In this document: positions 37,501 to 47,657 of the stretch, piece by piece
Layout: each line of letters starts with the position of its first letter
Position numbering within the stretch: the stretch's first letter is position 1
Source of the DNA: Rhynchopus sp. YZ270_cl-10
Taxonomy: Eukaryota
Assembly: GCA_964035575.1 (NCBI GenBank)
Contig: OZ037846.1
Location: forward strand, 620,001-684,000
Length of the DNA stretch: 64,000 bases
Direction of reading: 5' to 3'
Made by a program: the position numbers and the translations under genes
Notes under the pieces: model-generated
Databases searched by the model: none
What the model was told of the DNA's origin: nothing
Seen by the model: only the letters and a program-made list of their open reading frames with translations

Positions 37501-39400
37501 CCGACAGCCCCGTTGTTGTCAGTGCCAGTGCGTACTTCCACGCCGAGCTCGCCTTCTCCACCACAACCAGCACGTCAAAGCCTGCCCCAAACAGCGTCCC
37601 TGTCGCAGTCAGCGAAATCGACGGCTTCACGAAGTCAAACACCACAAGCAGGTCCGTCAGCGTCAGCTCGTTCATCCCCGAGAAGAGCGACGAAAACGCT
37701 GCCCCTGCGCCACTCCCGAACACACTTCCCACACCGCCAGACATGGCCGCCAGGAACGCCCCCGGTGTCGCAACAGCACCCTCCATCGTGCGTGCTGTCA
37801 GCGTGAACACCTCACCCGCGTCGCCAGCCCCGAACGCAGCCACAACCTCAAACGGCGCAAGCCCCGCCACAATCTCCACGTGCAGTGCCCCAACCTCGTT
37901 CGACACCACACGCACCACAGCAGGCGCAAGCGACAGCGTCTTCCCCGAGAAGTCGATCAGCAGCGAGTCCCCAAGCGACCCCTCCAGCGCCCACGCCTTA
38001 CTCGCCCCGCCACAGCTCTCGCGTGTGTACTCCACAGCCACCTCGAGTGCAGGCACGCCCGGGGCCAGGTTCTGTACCTGCACCAGCCCAGACCCGCTGC
38101 AGTTTGTGTTCACCATCACCTGCACAATCAGGTTCGTGTCTGCGTACGACAGCATCGCCTCCACACTCGATGCGTCGCTGCTTGTGTCAAACGCCACGTC
38201 AAACGCCACCGCCACATCCGCACCCCCAGTCGTCCCAGACACAGACCCAACCCACGTCTGCGCAGACAGCGCCGTGCTCGCACCCCCGTCCGCAAACCCG
38301 CTGCTCGTGGCCTGCACCGTCACCCCCGCCACCGACACACCACCGGGTGCAGCCCACTCCCCGTCCACAGAGGCCGCCACAGACACAACACCGGTGCAGC
38401 CGTCAAACGCCACAGTCCCGTCAAAGGCAAGCTCCGCCGCCCCAGACATCTTCAGCACCCCGCCAAACGTTCCTGTCGATGTCGCGCACGTGTCCGCCCG
38501 CACGTAGTCGAACGCCAGCGACCCGCTCAGCAGCCCGTTTCCTGTCACGAACGTCGTCGACACTGCCAGCGCCGCAAGCTTTCCGTCTGCAAACGCCATC
38601 GACGCCGCCGCAGTCCCCCCGAACAGCGCTGCAGTCCCACTCACGCTCCCGCTCCACGCCCCGCCGTCCGCCTTCGCCAGCGTCACTCCTGCAGACGACA
38701 GTGTCACGGTCCCAACCTCCAGCGCCCCCTGCACAGACCCCAGCACCGCAAACGCCTTTGTTGCGTGGGTGTACGTGAACGACGCCTGCGCCGCCACAGA
38801 CCCGCCCACCAGCAGCGCCCCGTCTCCGGTGCTTGTCGTCCCGTCTGTTGCCACCGTCCCTGAGAAGGACACCCCGTCCCCAGCAAGCGTCACGTCCCCG
38901 CGCAGTGCTGTCAGGCCTGTCTCTGCTGAGAAGTCTGCTGCCAGCAGCACCGCACCTTCCGCACCGGCACCGCCAAAGAGGCTTGACGCAGTCCCCGACA
39001 CAGTGCCGGCCCAGGCAGTCTCGTGCACAGCCTCAATAGACACGCCCTGAAGAGTGATCCCGTTCACCACAATGTCCAGGTCAAGCGACGCAGACACCGT
39101 CCACACAGGCGTCACGCCGTCTGCACCACACCCGTCCTGCTGCCACAGCGCCGCTGTGCCGGAGTACGTCTCCCCTGCCACGTACAGTGCAAGCGCCACC
39201 TCCCCGCCGTTCCGAGACGCGCACAGTGCTGTCGCATTCACCGCAATCGTTCCCGTCACACTGAACCCGAATTCCGGGTGCGGATCAGGCAGCGCCTCAC
39301 CTACGTTGCATGTCTCCCCAGTGCAGTGCGTCAGGTCCAGGCTGGCATCAGCACCCCGTGCGAGGAGGGCCACCGCCACACACAGCAGTATGACACGCAT
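34568..39400 (-). CDS. Large secreted beta-strand-rich protein with C-terminal helical/coiled-coil region (~1610 aa), function unknown
   Basis: 4.8-kb intact GC-rich ORF. First ATG at 39400 gives signal peptide MRVILLCVAVALLARGADA (the ORF-track start at 39442 is GTG). Alternating hydrophobic strands for ~1050 aa, then heptad-rich AKKELQDAKKAVESAEKAW. Confidence 0.9.
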   Translation of the reverse strand: MRVILLCVAVALLARGADASLDLTHCTGETCNVGEALPDPHPEFGFSVTGTIAVNATALCASRNGGEVALALYVAGETYSGTAALWQQDGCGADGVTPVWTVSASLDLDIVVNGITLQGVSIEAVHETAWAGTVSGTASSLFGGAGAEGAVLLAADFSAETGLTALRGDVTLAGDGVSFSGTVATDGTTSTGDGALLVGGSVAAQASFTYTHATKAFAVLGSVQGALEVGTVTLSSAGVTLAKADGGAWSGSVSGTAALFGGTAAASMAFADGKLAALAVSTTFVTGNGLLSGSLAFDYVRADTCATSTGTFGGVLKMSGAAELAFDGTVAFDGCTGVVSVAASVDGEWAAPGGVSVAGVTVQATSSGFADGGASTALSAQTWVGSVSGTTGGADVAVAFDVAFDTSSDASSVEAMLSYADTNLIVQVMVNTNCSGSGLVQVQNLAPGVPALEVAVEYTRESCGGASKAWALEGSLGDSLLIDFSGKTLSLAPAVVRVVSNEVGALHVEIVAGLAPFEVVAAFGAGDAGEVFTLTARTMEGAVATPGAFLAAMSGGVGSVFGSGAGAAFSSLFSGMNELTLTDLLVVFDFVKPSISLTATGTLFGAGFDVLVVVEKASSAWKYALALTTTGLSDLSFPGLAGSVVETLAPEMLMVSVASAATSFAGKDVPKGFSLAAKIPLDGAVMAGIAAVAPPSLNDQTADASGADGGVTIVASLASATEMRLALALAGGVELGSPDVILREVSLLLVVKAAGAPEFGFQVVIDVAMDDRVLSASAALLVDVAGLSLAVAFDSNEPWNKPFGMNGVAILFPLGLSISITPVGILSEFALTGGVQLSAAQGYVTLSVSLSEPTKNAFQAEVTTLDVQDVLVGLLDCTACTKGVGSVLTDMSVDHFKGSFNADPVNAVSITFADVSVEIPAGVSIELTNLDLWGVVKVKHASFALNADGMSAAFEAEVVEWGPLSITAATSNTRGPRFEMVLQASEQSLLIDGKASVFGQSVSLYLQMSDSAVEGHFALSLGSLKAAVTMSSYGRPGEAGFSNSVRAELEADLIGDIVRGATSYLLGLADDAKKELQDAKKAVESAEKAWDNAIAELNNVKEDVAADIKDAENELGRAKREVDKFDCGDIWLISDACEAGKSLVKGALSAAQATLAGVRKAATALISLAEDIVEESKILLDFAEEVLSFAEGAVGVFADVVDAIGSVLENMLVVHSLVFTSDLSNYDVAVSFHADVTIFGTRHRNLGFSVRINFGDIVDYLMQQLSFSFHSDFDGDLVTEKPGAPTAVASTPNTIEGQVGLVLNASYEAYVLTKYEIPAEERACAKALAGCDELTASGTSFWASIMKVRKTMCYAVITARCEEAKDGLGRDLWVQESLTKSGQRGMSTRLRGLAATVIAIEEAEVACKQKQAVLAKVSSQSIFSFKFAVCSLDTLRLVRNVMLDTLESESKAILTHMMASAKNATSYAVKHAAAMTSYAATQVSCSTGSIASCFKVPAMGVTVAVYAMLKETSGVQHDAVDAPLFDALAQASSSSAAGEMLFVETMKGVVTTWYTQLQTSIAALDKAATGSQCNSMWGKISCNIAAAQAAAHKTTLAGLEPYRTLLLPYF

Positions 39401-39811
39401 CGCAGACGAGGTCAGAGGGGAACAGGATTTCCTGAGACTCACTCGATGTCTTCGTTGGGGGTAAAGGGTTTCTCCTGGTGTGTACTTTGTATAGTTATCT
39501 GTTGCAGGGGTGGTGTTGTGGTGTTGTGTCTGGTATGGTGCTACTGGGTGTGACCTCTACATCCACGCAAAGGGTATCACACTCCACAACAGGTATGCTC
39601 ACGTTGTGGGCCTTCACATGGTAACCTCTCAGTAACGTTTCTTCAGAGAGAGCAGCATGTGCCCTTGATCCGACCCAAAAGAAGTGTCCAATGAAGGGGA
39701 GTGGTACAGTGGGACTATTTCTTGCTCACTCAACAATACACTCCCCGACCCGCCCAAACCCACCGAATAATCCAAACACCCCAATTCCCACTCCCGCTTT
39801 CTTTACTGCCC

Positions 39812-41332
39812 CTAAAAACCAACGTCACCTAGTCTGCTGCGTACAACGCTGCTACACTTGTCCATTCCGTCGACTTTCGACAACGATGTGCAGTTGGAGA
39901 GAAAATCGTCACCAATCGTGGTGACTGCTTGCAGTCCGGTGAGGTTGACTTCCGACAATGCTGTGCAGTTGGAGAGAAAACAGTCACCAATCGTGGTGAC
40001 TGCTTGCAGTCCGGTGAGGTTGACTTCCGACAATGTGCAGTACGAGAGAAAACCGTTGCCAATCGTAGTGACTGCTTGCATTTTGGTGAGGTTGACTTCC
40101 GACAATGTTGTGCAGTTGGAGAGAAAACAGTCACCAATCGTGGTAACTTTTTGCAGTCCGGTGAGGTTGACTTCCGACAATGTTGTGGAGTTGGAGAGAA
40201 AATAGTCACCAATCGCGGTGACTGCTTGCAGACCAGTGAGGTTGACTTCCGACAACGCTGTGCAGTTGTTGAGAAAACCTTCACCAATCGTGGTGACTGC
40301 TTGCAGTCCGGTGAGGTTGACTTCCGACAATACTGTGCAGTTGGAGAGAAAATAGTCACCAATCGTGGTGACTGCTTGCAGTCCGGTGAGGTTGACTTCC
40401 GACAATGCTGTGCAGTTGGAGAGAAAATAGTCACCAATCGTGGTGACTGCTTGCAGGCACGTGAGGTTGACTTCCGACAATGCTGTGCAGCTGTAGAGAA
40501 AATAGTCACCAATCGTGGTGACTCCTTGCAGTCCGGTGAGGTTGACTTCCGACAATGTGCAGTACGAGAGAAAACCGTTGCCAATCGTGGTGACTGCTTG
40601 CAGTCCGGTGAGGTTGACTTCCGACAATGCTGTGCAGGAGGAGAGAAAATAGTCACCAATCGTGGTGACTGCTTGTAGTGCGGTGAGGTTGACTTCCGAC
40701 AATGCTGTGCAGTTGTTGAGAAAATCGTCACCAATCGCGGTGACTGCTTGTAGTCCGGTGAGGTTGACTTTCGACAACGTTTCGCAGTTGTTGAGAAAAC
40801 CGTTGCCAATCGTGGTGACTGCTTGCAGGCCGGTGAGGTTGACTTCCGACAACGTTTCGCAGGAGGAGAGAAACTCGTCACCAATCGTGGTGACACAGGG
40901 TAATGCAGGCAGGTGCAGTGTGATGCCACAGTTGTCATCCACATTGGGTACGCAACTGAAACCAATGCGCGTGACTGCACTACTTGAGAAGAAGTCGTTT
41001 GGAATCTCAGTTGCAACTTCTGCCTGAAGAAGCAAGCTGGCCACCTTCGGATCCGCCACCTGCTGCAACCTTGCTGCTGTGATGTTTGTCTCACCCAATG
41101 CATGAAGAGCTGATATGGCTTCGTACTTCATTGTTAACGTCAACACGACTGTGTCTCCAGCGCTCAGTTCTGTGATGTCCTCTCCTTCCTCCTTCCCTCC
41201 GAAGCCCATGCGGAAGCTGTCTTCGCACAACTGCGCTGCAATGGCCACCTTCTGCCGCATCGTCTCCGTTGTGTCATCCTCACCCATCTCAATCACGAAG
41301 TCCTTCCCCAAGCCCTGGATAGTCAGTTCCAT
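39812..41332 (-). CDS. Ubl-domain + BspA/TpLRR-like leucine-rich repeat protein (506 aa)
   Basis: ~14 tandem 24-25 aa repeats LSEVNLTGLQAVTTIGxxFLxxCT. N-terminal ~70 aa has a beta-grasp-like pattern (MELTIQGLGKDFVIEM...MRQKVA...LSAGDTVVLT). Confidence 0.9.
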   Translation of the reverse strand: MELTIQGLGKDFVIEMGEDDTTETMRQKVAIAAQLCEDSFRMGFGGKEEGEDITELSAGDTVVLTLTMKYEAISALHALGETNITAARLQQVADPKVASLLLQAEVATEIPNDFFSSSAVTRIGFSCVPNVDDNCGITLHLPALPCVTTIGDEFLSSCETLSEVNLTGLQAVTTIGNGFLNNCETLSKVNLTGLQAVTAIGDDFLNNCTALSEVNLTALQAVTTIGDYFLSSCTALSEVNLTGLQAVTTIGNGFLSYCTLSEVNLTGLQGVTTIGDYFLYSCTALSEVNLTCLQAVTTIGDYFLSNCTALSEVNLTGLQAVTTIGDYFLSNCTVLSEVNLTGLQAVTTIGEGFLNNCTALSEVNLTGLQAVTAIGDYFLSNSTTLSEVNLTGLQKVTTIGDCFLSNCTTLSEVNLTKMQAVTTIGNGFLSYCTLSEVNLTGLQAVTTIGDCFLSNCTALSEVNLTGLQAVTTIGDDFLSNCTSLSKVDGMDKCSSVVRSRLGDVGF

Positions 41333-42038
41333 TTTATGTGTCTCTTGATGTATCTCTGTGGGTGGGTTGTTGGGTAAGGAAGAGCACGGCTCCTCGAAGT
41401 GTCACTCCTGCCAGTCCATTGCTCCCAGGCACTTCCCACCACGGAAGCAGGCCGTTTAGACCACCAGGTAGCGTTTGCAATCAATGCAGGAGCGCCTACG
41501 GACCGGAGGCCCTTTGAATTGGAGGCGGGAACAGATATGTTATCCTCATGGTGTTCCGGAGGGGGCCTATATTGACATGTCCTTGACATGTCGTTGACAA
41601 GTCCCCGACAGTTGTTCGGTAACACCACCTCAGGCTGTTTTCTGATTCTGTAAATTTTCCAAAAATTCCGACATCCGTAAGCATGCTTAAGACGGGGCTT
41701 GAGGTCCAGCAGCAGTTGTATCACAAAGAGGGTAGAGGGGTCGAAATGCAGACAAAGCAATGTGGTGACATAGCTAGAGACTGCACATCATTGTACATAA
41801 TACACATTTGTGCACCAACGAAGCTGGTCATTTTACACACCTCCAAGAATGAAAACCATCAAATTTTGTGGAAACCGTCCGTGGTTGCCATACAGGACGT
41901 TGGGTGTGGCAATCCCGGGGAGGTACTCCTTAGCCACAGAAGCAGAACCCTGGAGTCCTCTTTCCCATTCAATAAGCCCTTCCCTACAGAGGGGGAGGAA
42001 TACTCTAGCAAAAGAGAGGGCACACAGCCGAGTGGGGT

Positions 42039-42169
42039 GCTGGAGCTGGAGCTGGAGCTGGAGCTGGAGCTGGAGCTGGAGCTGGAGCTGGAGCTGGAGC
42101 TGGAGCTGGAGCTGGAGCTGGAGCTGGAGCTGGAGCTGGAGCTGGAGCTGGAGCTGGAGCTGGAGCTGG
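42039..42169 (+). repeat. (GCTGGA)n microsatellite, ~21 units
   Basis: Directly visible perfect hexamer array. Confidence 0.97.
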
Positions 42170-42978
42170 GGGTCCAGCTGCTGAAAAGCTGTGAGCTTAC
42201 AAAGGTGCCCCCGTTGGCTGGAATGGAAAGGTTTGATGCACGATCATCGAGACAAGAGAGCAGGGGGGAAGAGAGGGGGGTTGAGAGCTATTGTGAATTG
42301 GTTGGACAGTGCTGCATAAAACAGCATACCACTGAAAAAGAGAAAAAAAAATGGAAGTTGAAAAGTGCAAAACCGCCTCTGTGGACGCAGGCACTAAAAA
42401 TAAATCTGGTTATGTGGTGTTCATGAAATCCCCCATCCCGCTATTTTGGAGCAGTTGTGGTAAATTCACGAACATCAAATTGTGTGAAATTTGTTATTTT
42501 ACAAATCGCACTATTTTTCGAAAGCAAAAAAAAACAAAAAAAGCAACAACAACAACTTTTGAGAGTATCTTGGCCCTGTCAAGACAGGAGAGTACACCTC
42601 TGTACAAAAAAAAGGGAAGGAAAGGGGTGACTTAGCTCTGATATCATTTACTATGGGGAAAAAATAGAGACACAGTGCGTATGACAAAAAATTGTTGTCG
42701 CAACACTGTGTGTGTGTTTTTCTTCTTTTTTTTTTGACAAATTGTTGTAGTGTAGTTGCCTCGGTTGTGTTGCCACAGTTGGTGCAATCTCCACTTTTTG
42801 TTTTTTCCCTCCCCTTCAAGACACAGCAATACAACAATTCAGAACAGTCGAGAAGATGGACACAGTGGCTACGCCTCGCCTTGCATGGATCGCTTAAAGC
42901 TTCGCAAGGGATCGTGGTACTATGGCTTTTATCTCTGTGGGAACGAAAGGTGGGGGAAATGGGATCGGGGGTTGGGTA

Positions 42979-43115
42979 TAATGGTGGCCAGTATTGTGAC
43001 GGGAGCCCATTGGAATACGCAAAATACATCACAATACATCACAATACACATGGTCCTGTATTTTGATGTTTTTTGCGTATTCCAATGGGCTCCCATCACA
43101 GTACTGCCACCATTA
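42979..43115. mobile_element. Fully palindromic MITE TAATGGTGGC...GCCACCATTA with 8-bp TSD (hAT-like)
   Basis: Near-perfect 137-bp palindrome; flanks gttgggta / ggtgggta; second copy at 63060-63192. Confidence 0.85.
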
Positions 43116-43906
43116 GGTGGGTATTGCCTAGTCGCCTTGAAACATTCTGTATGATTGTATGAGGTTTCCTTCATATGAGAGTCGTTCTACTGCAGGGCTC
43201 CATAGGCCTGCAGCAAAGAACCGGCATCTTAGCATACAAGAGTAGTTGGAAAGTGCAACATGCCTCACCGTTCATTTGGCAGGAGGCATTGGCACTAAAA
43301 CAAAGGTTCATTCAAAAAAGTTGCAAAATCCGTGATATGGTATTTTGCTTTGCAGAAAATGGGAGAAAAATAAATGTAGAAAAAAAATTGATATCGGATG
43401 GATAGAAACACAAGGGGAAAAATAGAAACCGAGAAATAAAGGTTTATTTTCCGAAGCAGAAGAAAAAGAAACAGAAACAGGGGAAAAAAATAATCCCCAA
43501 CACGGTGACCGGGGCAAAAAAAAGGAAAAGTTGTAAGAGAATGTGCCTCTCCTTGCACACACGGCTTTATCGTTAAAATGAGAACTTGTAGAAGTGCGTT
43601 CTCTTGTCTCACAGCGGGTTTCGTCACCGGAAACGTATTTCGAAAACGACAACGATGGATCTGGGAGACCCATACCATCTTTTGCACACATTGAGGAAAT
43701 CAGATTAATGTATCATTTTTTTGTGTGTGTAACAATACGTCTGGAAAATAAAAGACGCCTTTCCTTTTCGGTTGTCATGAGTCTTACCACCTTCCCCTTT
43801 TCCCCCCTCCTTTTTCCCCATCTCTCACTTCTTGGGGTTTTTCGGGGTTTGAAAAAAAAATAATAAAAAAGATGCGATCAACGAAAGCGGGGGTATTTTC
43901 ATGCTC

Positions 43907-44611
43907 TTACTCCACCACTGCCACCTTCTCCATCGGGCTGGCCGCGTCGTTTCCGTACTGCAGGGTGTTCGTTGGCTGAGGGTATGACCCTACTGCGGGG
44001 TTGTACACCTGGTAGCCTTGTGGAGTGTTGATAGTGTTGCTGCTGCTGTTGGCAACACCGACACAGTGCAAGATGGTGCCGAAAATGCACAACGCGAAGA
44101 TCACGCACATGAGGTACAGCCCCGAACCCATAGAGAACCCAGGGGTGTCCGAAATGCTCTGGCTAATGCCTGCATCGCTACCAAGGCAGTGCGAACCCCA
44201 GCTTCCCTCAACCACCAAAAGCATTGACGCTGCAAACACGGGGGAAAGCAGCATGTTGAGCACCATCAGAACAAATGCGGCTGTCTGCATGCCTCTTGCC
44301 GCAGAAGGGGACATCAGAGCGAACATCAGAGACCCAAAGTAGAGCCCGCCCGCAACGAAGCTGAAGACTGCCACAACGACAGCCTCTCCCCGCCAGCCCT
44401 TGATCACCCCATTCATCCAGTCGCATTCGAACTCTGGAAACGAAACAGAGGCAACAGCGCTGCTGCAGGTGAAGAGCCCGCACTCCACAGTGTACACACC
44501 AACAGAAATGCTGAACCAGGCGTCGGGGGCCGCAGCAGTGGCAATAGCCAGCGCCATGCAGATGACATTAACACCGCAGGAGACTAAGGTGCCGGCAGTG
44601 GAGGAGACCAT
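43907..44611 (-). CDS. Amastin/claudin-like four-TM surface protein (234 aa)
   Basis: Four hydrophobic helices, Cys pairs in both extracellular loops (GLFTC...EC), GFSMGSGLYL before TM4, Pro/Gln/Tyr-rich tail. ATG in cacacaATG context. Confidence 0.8.
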   Translation of the reverse strand: MVSSTAGTLVSCGVNVICMALAIATAAAPDAWFSISVGVYTVECGLFTCSSAVASVSFPEFECDWMNGVIKGWRGEAVVVAVFSFVAGGLYFGSLMFALMSPSAARGMQTAAFVLMVLNMLLSPVFAASMLLVVEGSWGSHCLGSDAGISQSISDTPGFSMGSGLYLMCVIFALCIFGTILHCVGVANSSSNTINTPQGYQVYNPAVGSYPQPTNTLQYGNDAASPMEKVAVVE

Positions 44612-45866
44612 TGTGTGTTTTGTTGTTTGTCTTTTTTTGTGTTTCAAATAAATAATAGCTATTCTGTGGTGTGTGATCTTGTGGGGTCATCCCCATATCC
44701 CATCACTATCGTTTCATGAGGGGGGTCTGTGGTGTTGTGTGGACCCATAGGAGTGGGGGAACATCTTTGCTGTTGAAGAAGAATGTTCCTGCTGGAGGAG
44801 GCATTGCGCACAACGTAGTCGGGTGGCGGATGAGGAGAGAGTTCGGCTTTCGCACAGCATGAGATATGGGCTACATCCCTTCGATGGGGCTTTTCTGCCA
44901 CGAGCTGCAACGTGCCCACACAAGAAACGGTTGTCAAGTCCAAGAGCAAAAGGCGGGTGTGAAATTGCACACCCAACATGGTGTGAGGTTACTCGTGGCC
45001 GCATACCGTACTTCCCTCCCACCCATACACGAACCCATGGCAGTGAGGACTCCGTCCCTCAACAAAGTTGAAGGCGTGTACCAAGCAATGCCGCACAATG
45101 ACACCCCCCTGCTCATCACACAAGGTGCCGCCAGCACAGAACCGCACCCCCACTGTGCTCTGCCATGCAGCACGCCACGAGGCACATACACCTGCACCCA
45201 ACCCTCCCATGCAAGACGCTGAGTGTGCAGCACACAAAAAGAGAAGGCTTGCGAACCACGACACCACAACACCAGCCCAGCTCGCCTTCACGCGACCATG
45301 CTACCCTCATGTATACAACAGCTGTGCACAACCCCACACCCACACCCACACCCACGAAGCACGCAGAGAAGAGAAGGCTTGCGAACCACGACATAAAAAT
45401 ATTGTTTCACTTTTTTTTTTCGTCTTAAACATTTCGGTTATACGATCGTCTTCTTTATTTGTTTATCGGAAACCTAATTAAATCAGTGTCCACACATCAA
45501 CCTCGAGGACCTGATACAGACCTGTCTGTACACACTGTTTTGCCGTTGTGCGGAAAGGGTGTGGAAAAGAAACATAACAAGGAAACAACAAGAACGCCAA
45601 AAGCGAGACAGTGCCCTTCTGAGCCCTGCAAATAAAATCTCGCGAAACGGGGTGGGGGGAGTGGGGTGTTAAAGGAGAGAGAGCTTTGCCCCAAGGTCCT
45701 TCGAGACCAAAGTGGTAAAGTCACGGAATGTGGTCTGTTGCTGTACATCGTTGGTAGCAGCAAACGTAAAGTCGGAGAAGAAGAAAAAAAGCAAATGTGG
45801 AGTTTGTCTGCACCTATAAGGAGAAGGGTGCGAATTCAAGTAAGTTGGAAACAGCCCCAGCGAAGC

Positions 45867-47657
45867 TCAAGCAGACGCAGCAAGGTGGTTGTTGGGCATG
45901 GCACGCAGCTTGGCGGCGTCCTCCACACCGTCGCCCACAGGCGCAATCCCGAAGTTGGTGACAAGGAAGTCTACAAGCGTCGGGGTGAGGAAGGCAGGCA
46001 GACGGGGTCCCAGGTGGATGTTCTTCACGTCAAGGTGGAGCAGCGTCAGCAGCACAGCCACAGCCTTCTGCTCGAACCACGAGATCCCGAACGAGATCGG
46101 GAGGTCGTTCACAGACGGGACACCCAGGGCATCCTGGAGGGCAAGCGCCACACGGATCGCACCAAAGGCGTCGTTGCACTGACCCACGTCCAAGAGACGA
46201 GGGATGCCGCCAATGTCGCCAAACTCCTCAGTGTTGAAGCGGAACTTCCCGCATCCCAGCGTCAGGATCACAGAGTCGTCTGGCACGCTCTTCGCCATGT
46301 CGGTGAAGTACGAGCGGTTCGTCTCCCGTCCGTCGCACCCACCAATCACGAAGAAGTGCTTCAGGTCCCCAGACTGGATCAGCTCCACCACCTTCCCGGC
46401 GTTCGCAAGAATGGCGTCGGCACCGAACCCAGTCGTCATCGGCCCAGTGCGGCCTTTTGCGCCGCTCTCGAAGGGCGCACACTCAAGCGCCTTTGCAATC
46501 ACCTCAGAGTAGTCGTCGTTCTCCATGTGCTTCACACCGGGCCAGCCAGTCGTCTGGCGGGTGAACAGACGGTCGCTGTACGTGCGCTTCGGCTCAATCA
46601 GGCAGTTCGTTGTCATGACCACAGCACCAGGGAAGTTCGTGAAGTCAATGCGCTGCTTCTGCCACGCACCCCCGTAGTGGCCCACAAGGTGCGAGTACTT
46701 CTGCAGCTCCGGGTAGCCGTGCGCAGGCAGCAGCTCCCCGTGGGTGTACACGTTCACGCCCTTCCCCTCCGTCTGCTCCAGGATGTTCTTCAGGTCGCGG
46801 ATGTCGTGTCCCGACACAAGGATGCAGTGTCCGGGCACAGGTGTCGTGTCCACTGTCTTCGGTGTGGGCACGCCGTACGACGTCAGGTGTGCCTGCTCCA
46901 GCAGTGCCATCACCTCCAGGTTCACCTCACCCACCTTCAGCGCCACCGGGAGGTGGGTGGCCACACTTGCCTTCGGGTCTGCAGTCGCAGCCAGGCACTC
47001 GTGCAGGCCTGCGTAGATCGAGTCGCTCTCCTTCCCCTGCACCATGGCGTGGTGTGCGTAGGCTGCTGCACCCTTCACGCCGTACGTGATCAGTTCCAGC
47101 AGCGAGAACGTGTCCGCGTCGAAGTGCGCCGCACGCGACAGCACACCCGCCTCCTCGTCCTCGTCGTCCAGAGGCTCGTACGTCGTTGCACCGCCCAGGT
47201 CTGCCGTGCCGCCAGCCTTCTCGTACAGCGCACGCGCCGTCGCACGCACAACCTTTGCACGCGCCAGGTACTCCGTGAAGCGGTCTGCGTCGTTGTTCAC
47301 GTTCGTCAGCGTCGAGAACATCGACTCCAGCACAAACCTGTCCACCTCTGCGTCCACCGCAGTTGCGTCCAGCGCACGTGCTGCGTGCGCGTACTGGCTG
47401 ATCCCGCGTGCGAAGTGCACAAGGTTGTCCTGCATGTGTGCCACAGCAGGACGCTTCCCGCACATCCCGATCTTGTCGCAGCCGCTCCCGTTCGTCTGCT
47501 CACACTGCATGCAGAACATGATCGGGTGCGTCTCGCGGATGTCCGCCAGTGTGCCCGACGACCACCGCTTCTGTGCGCACACACCTGCCTGCACAGCGCG
47601 CACAGAGGACGCTCCCGCACGCACAAGGCAGCGCTTACCTGCGTTCATTGTGTTCAT
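45867..47657 (-). CDS. hcp: Hybrid cluster protein (hydroxylamine/NO reductase) with N-terminal extension
   Basis: MFCMQCEQT...GC...GMCGK (CX2CX7CX5C), ILVSGHD, YTHGELLPAHGYP, MTTNCLIEP, IGGCDG, TLGCGKFRF, DVGQCND, SWFEQKAV. Confidence 0.97.
   Translation of the reverse strand: MNTMNAGKRCLVRAGASSVRAVQAGVCAQKRWSSGTLADIRETHPIMFCMQCEQTNGSGCDKIGMCGKRPAVAHMQDNLVHFARGISQYAHAARALDATAVDAEVDRFVLESMFSTLTNVNNDADRFTEYLARAKVVRATARALYEKAGGTADLGGATTYEPLDDEDEEAGVLSRAAHFDADTFSLLELITYGVKGAAAYAHHAMVQGKESDSIYAGLHECLAATADPKASVATHLPVALKVGEVNLEVMALLEQAHLTSYGVPTPKTVDTTPVPGHCILVSGHDIRDLKNILEQTEGKGVNVYTHGELLPAHGYPELQKYSHLVGHYGGAWQKQRIDFTNFPGAVVMTTNCLIEPKRTYSDRLFTRQTTGWPGVKHMENDDYSEVIAKALECAPFESGAKGRTGPMTTGFGADAILANAGKVVELIQSGDLKHFFVIGGCDGRETNRSYFTDMAKSVPDDSVILTLGCGKFRFNTEEFGDIGGIPRLLDVGQCNDAFGAIRVALALQDALGVPSVNDLPISFGISWFEQKAVAVLLTLLHLDVKNIHLGPRLPAFLTPTLVDFLVTNFGIAPVGDGVEDAAKLRAMPNNHLAASA

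Noticed and set aside
35672..39553. Long plus-strand ORFs (538, 674, 327, 297 aa)
   Set aside because: Antisense shadows of the GC-rich 1610-aa minus-strand gene; no independent motifs.
39829..41103. 424-aa alternative-frame ORF and CRISPR-like periodicity
   Set aside because: Product of the 75-nt LRR coding repeats. Units are contiguous with no unique spacers, and there are no cas genes.
41683..42426. 247-aa ORF with poly-(EL)
   Set aside because: Open only because of the (GCTGGA)n microsatellite; remainder is not protein-like.
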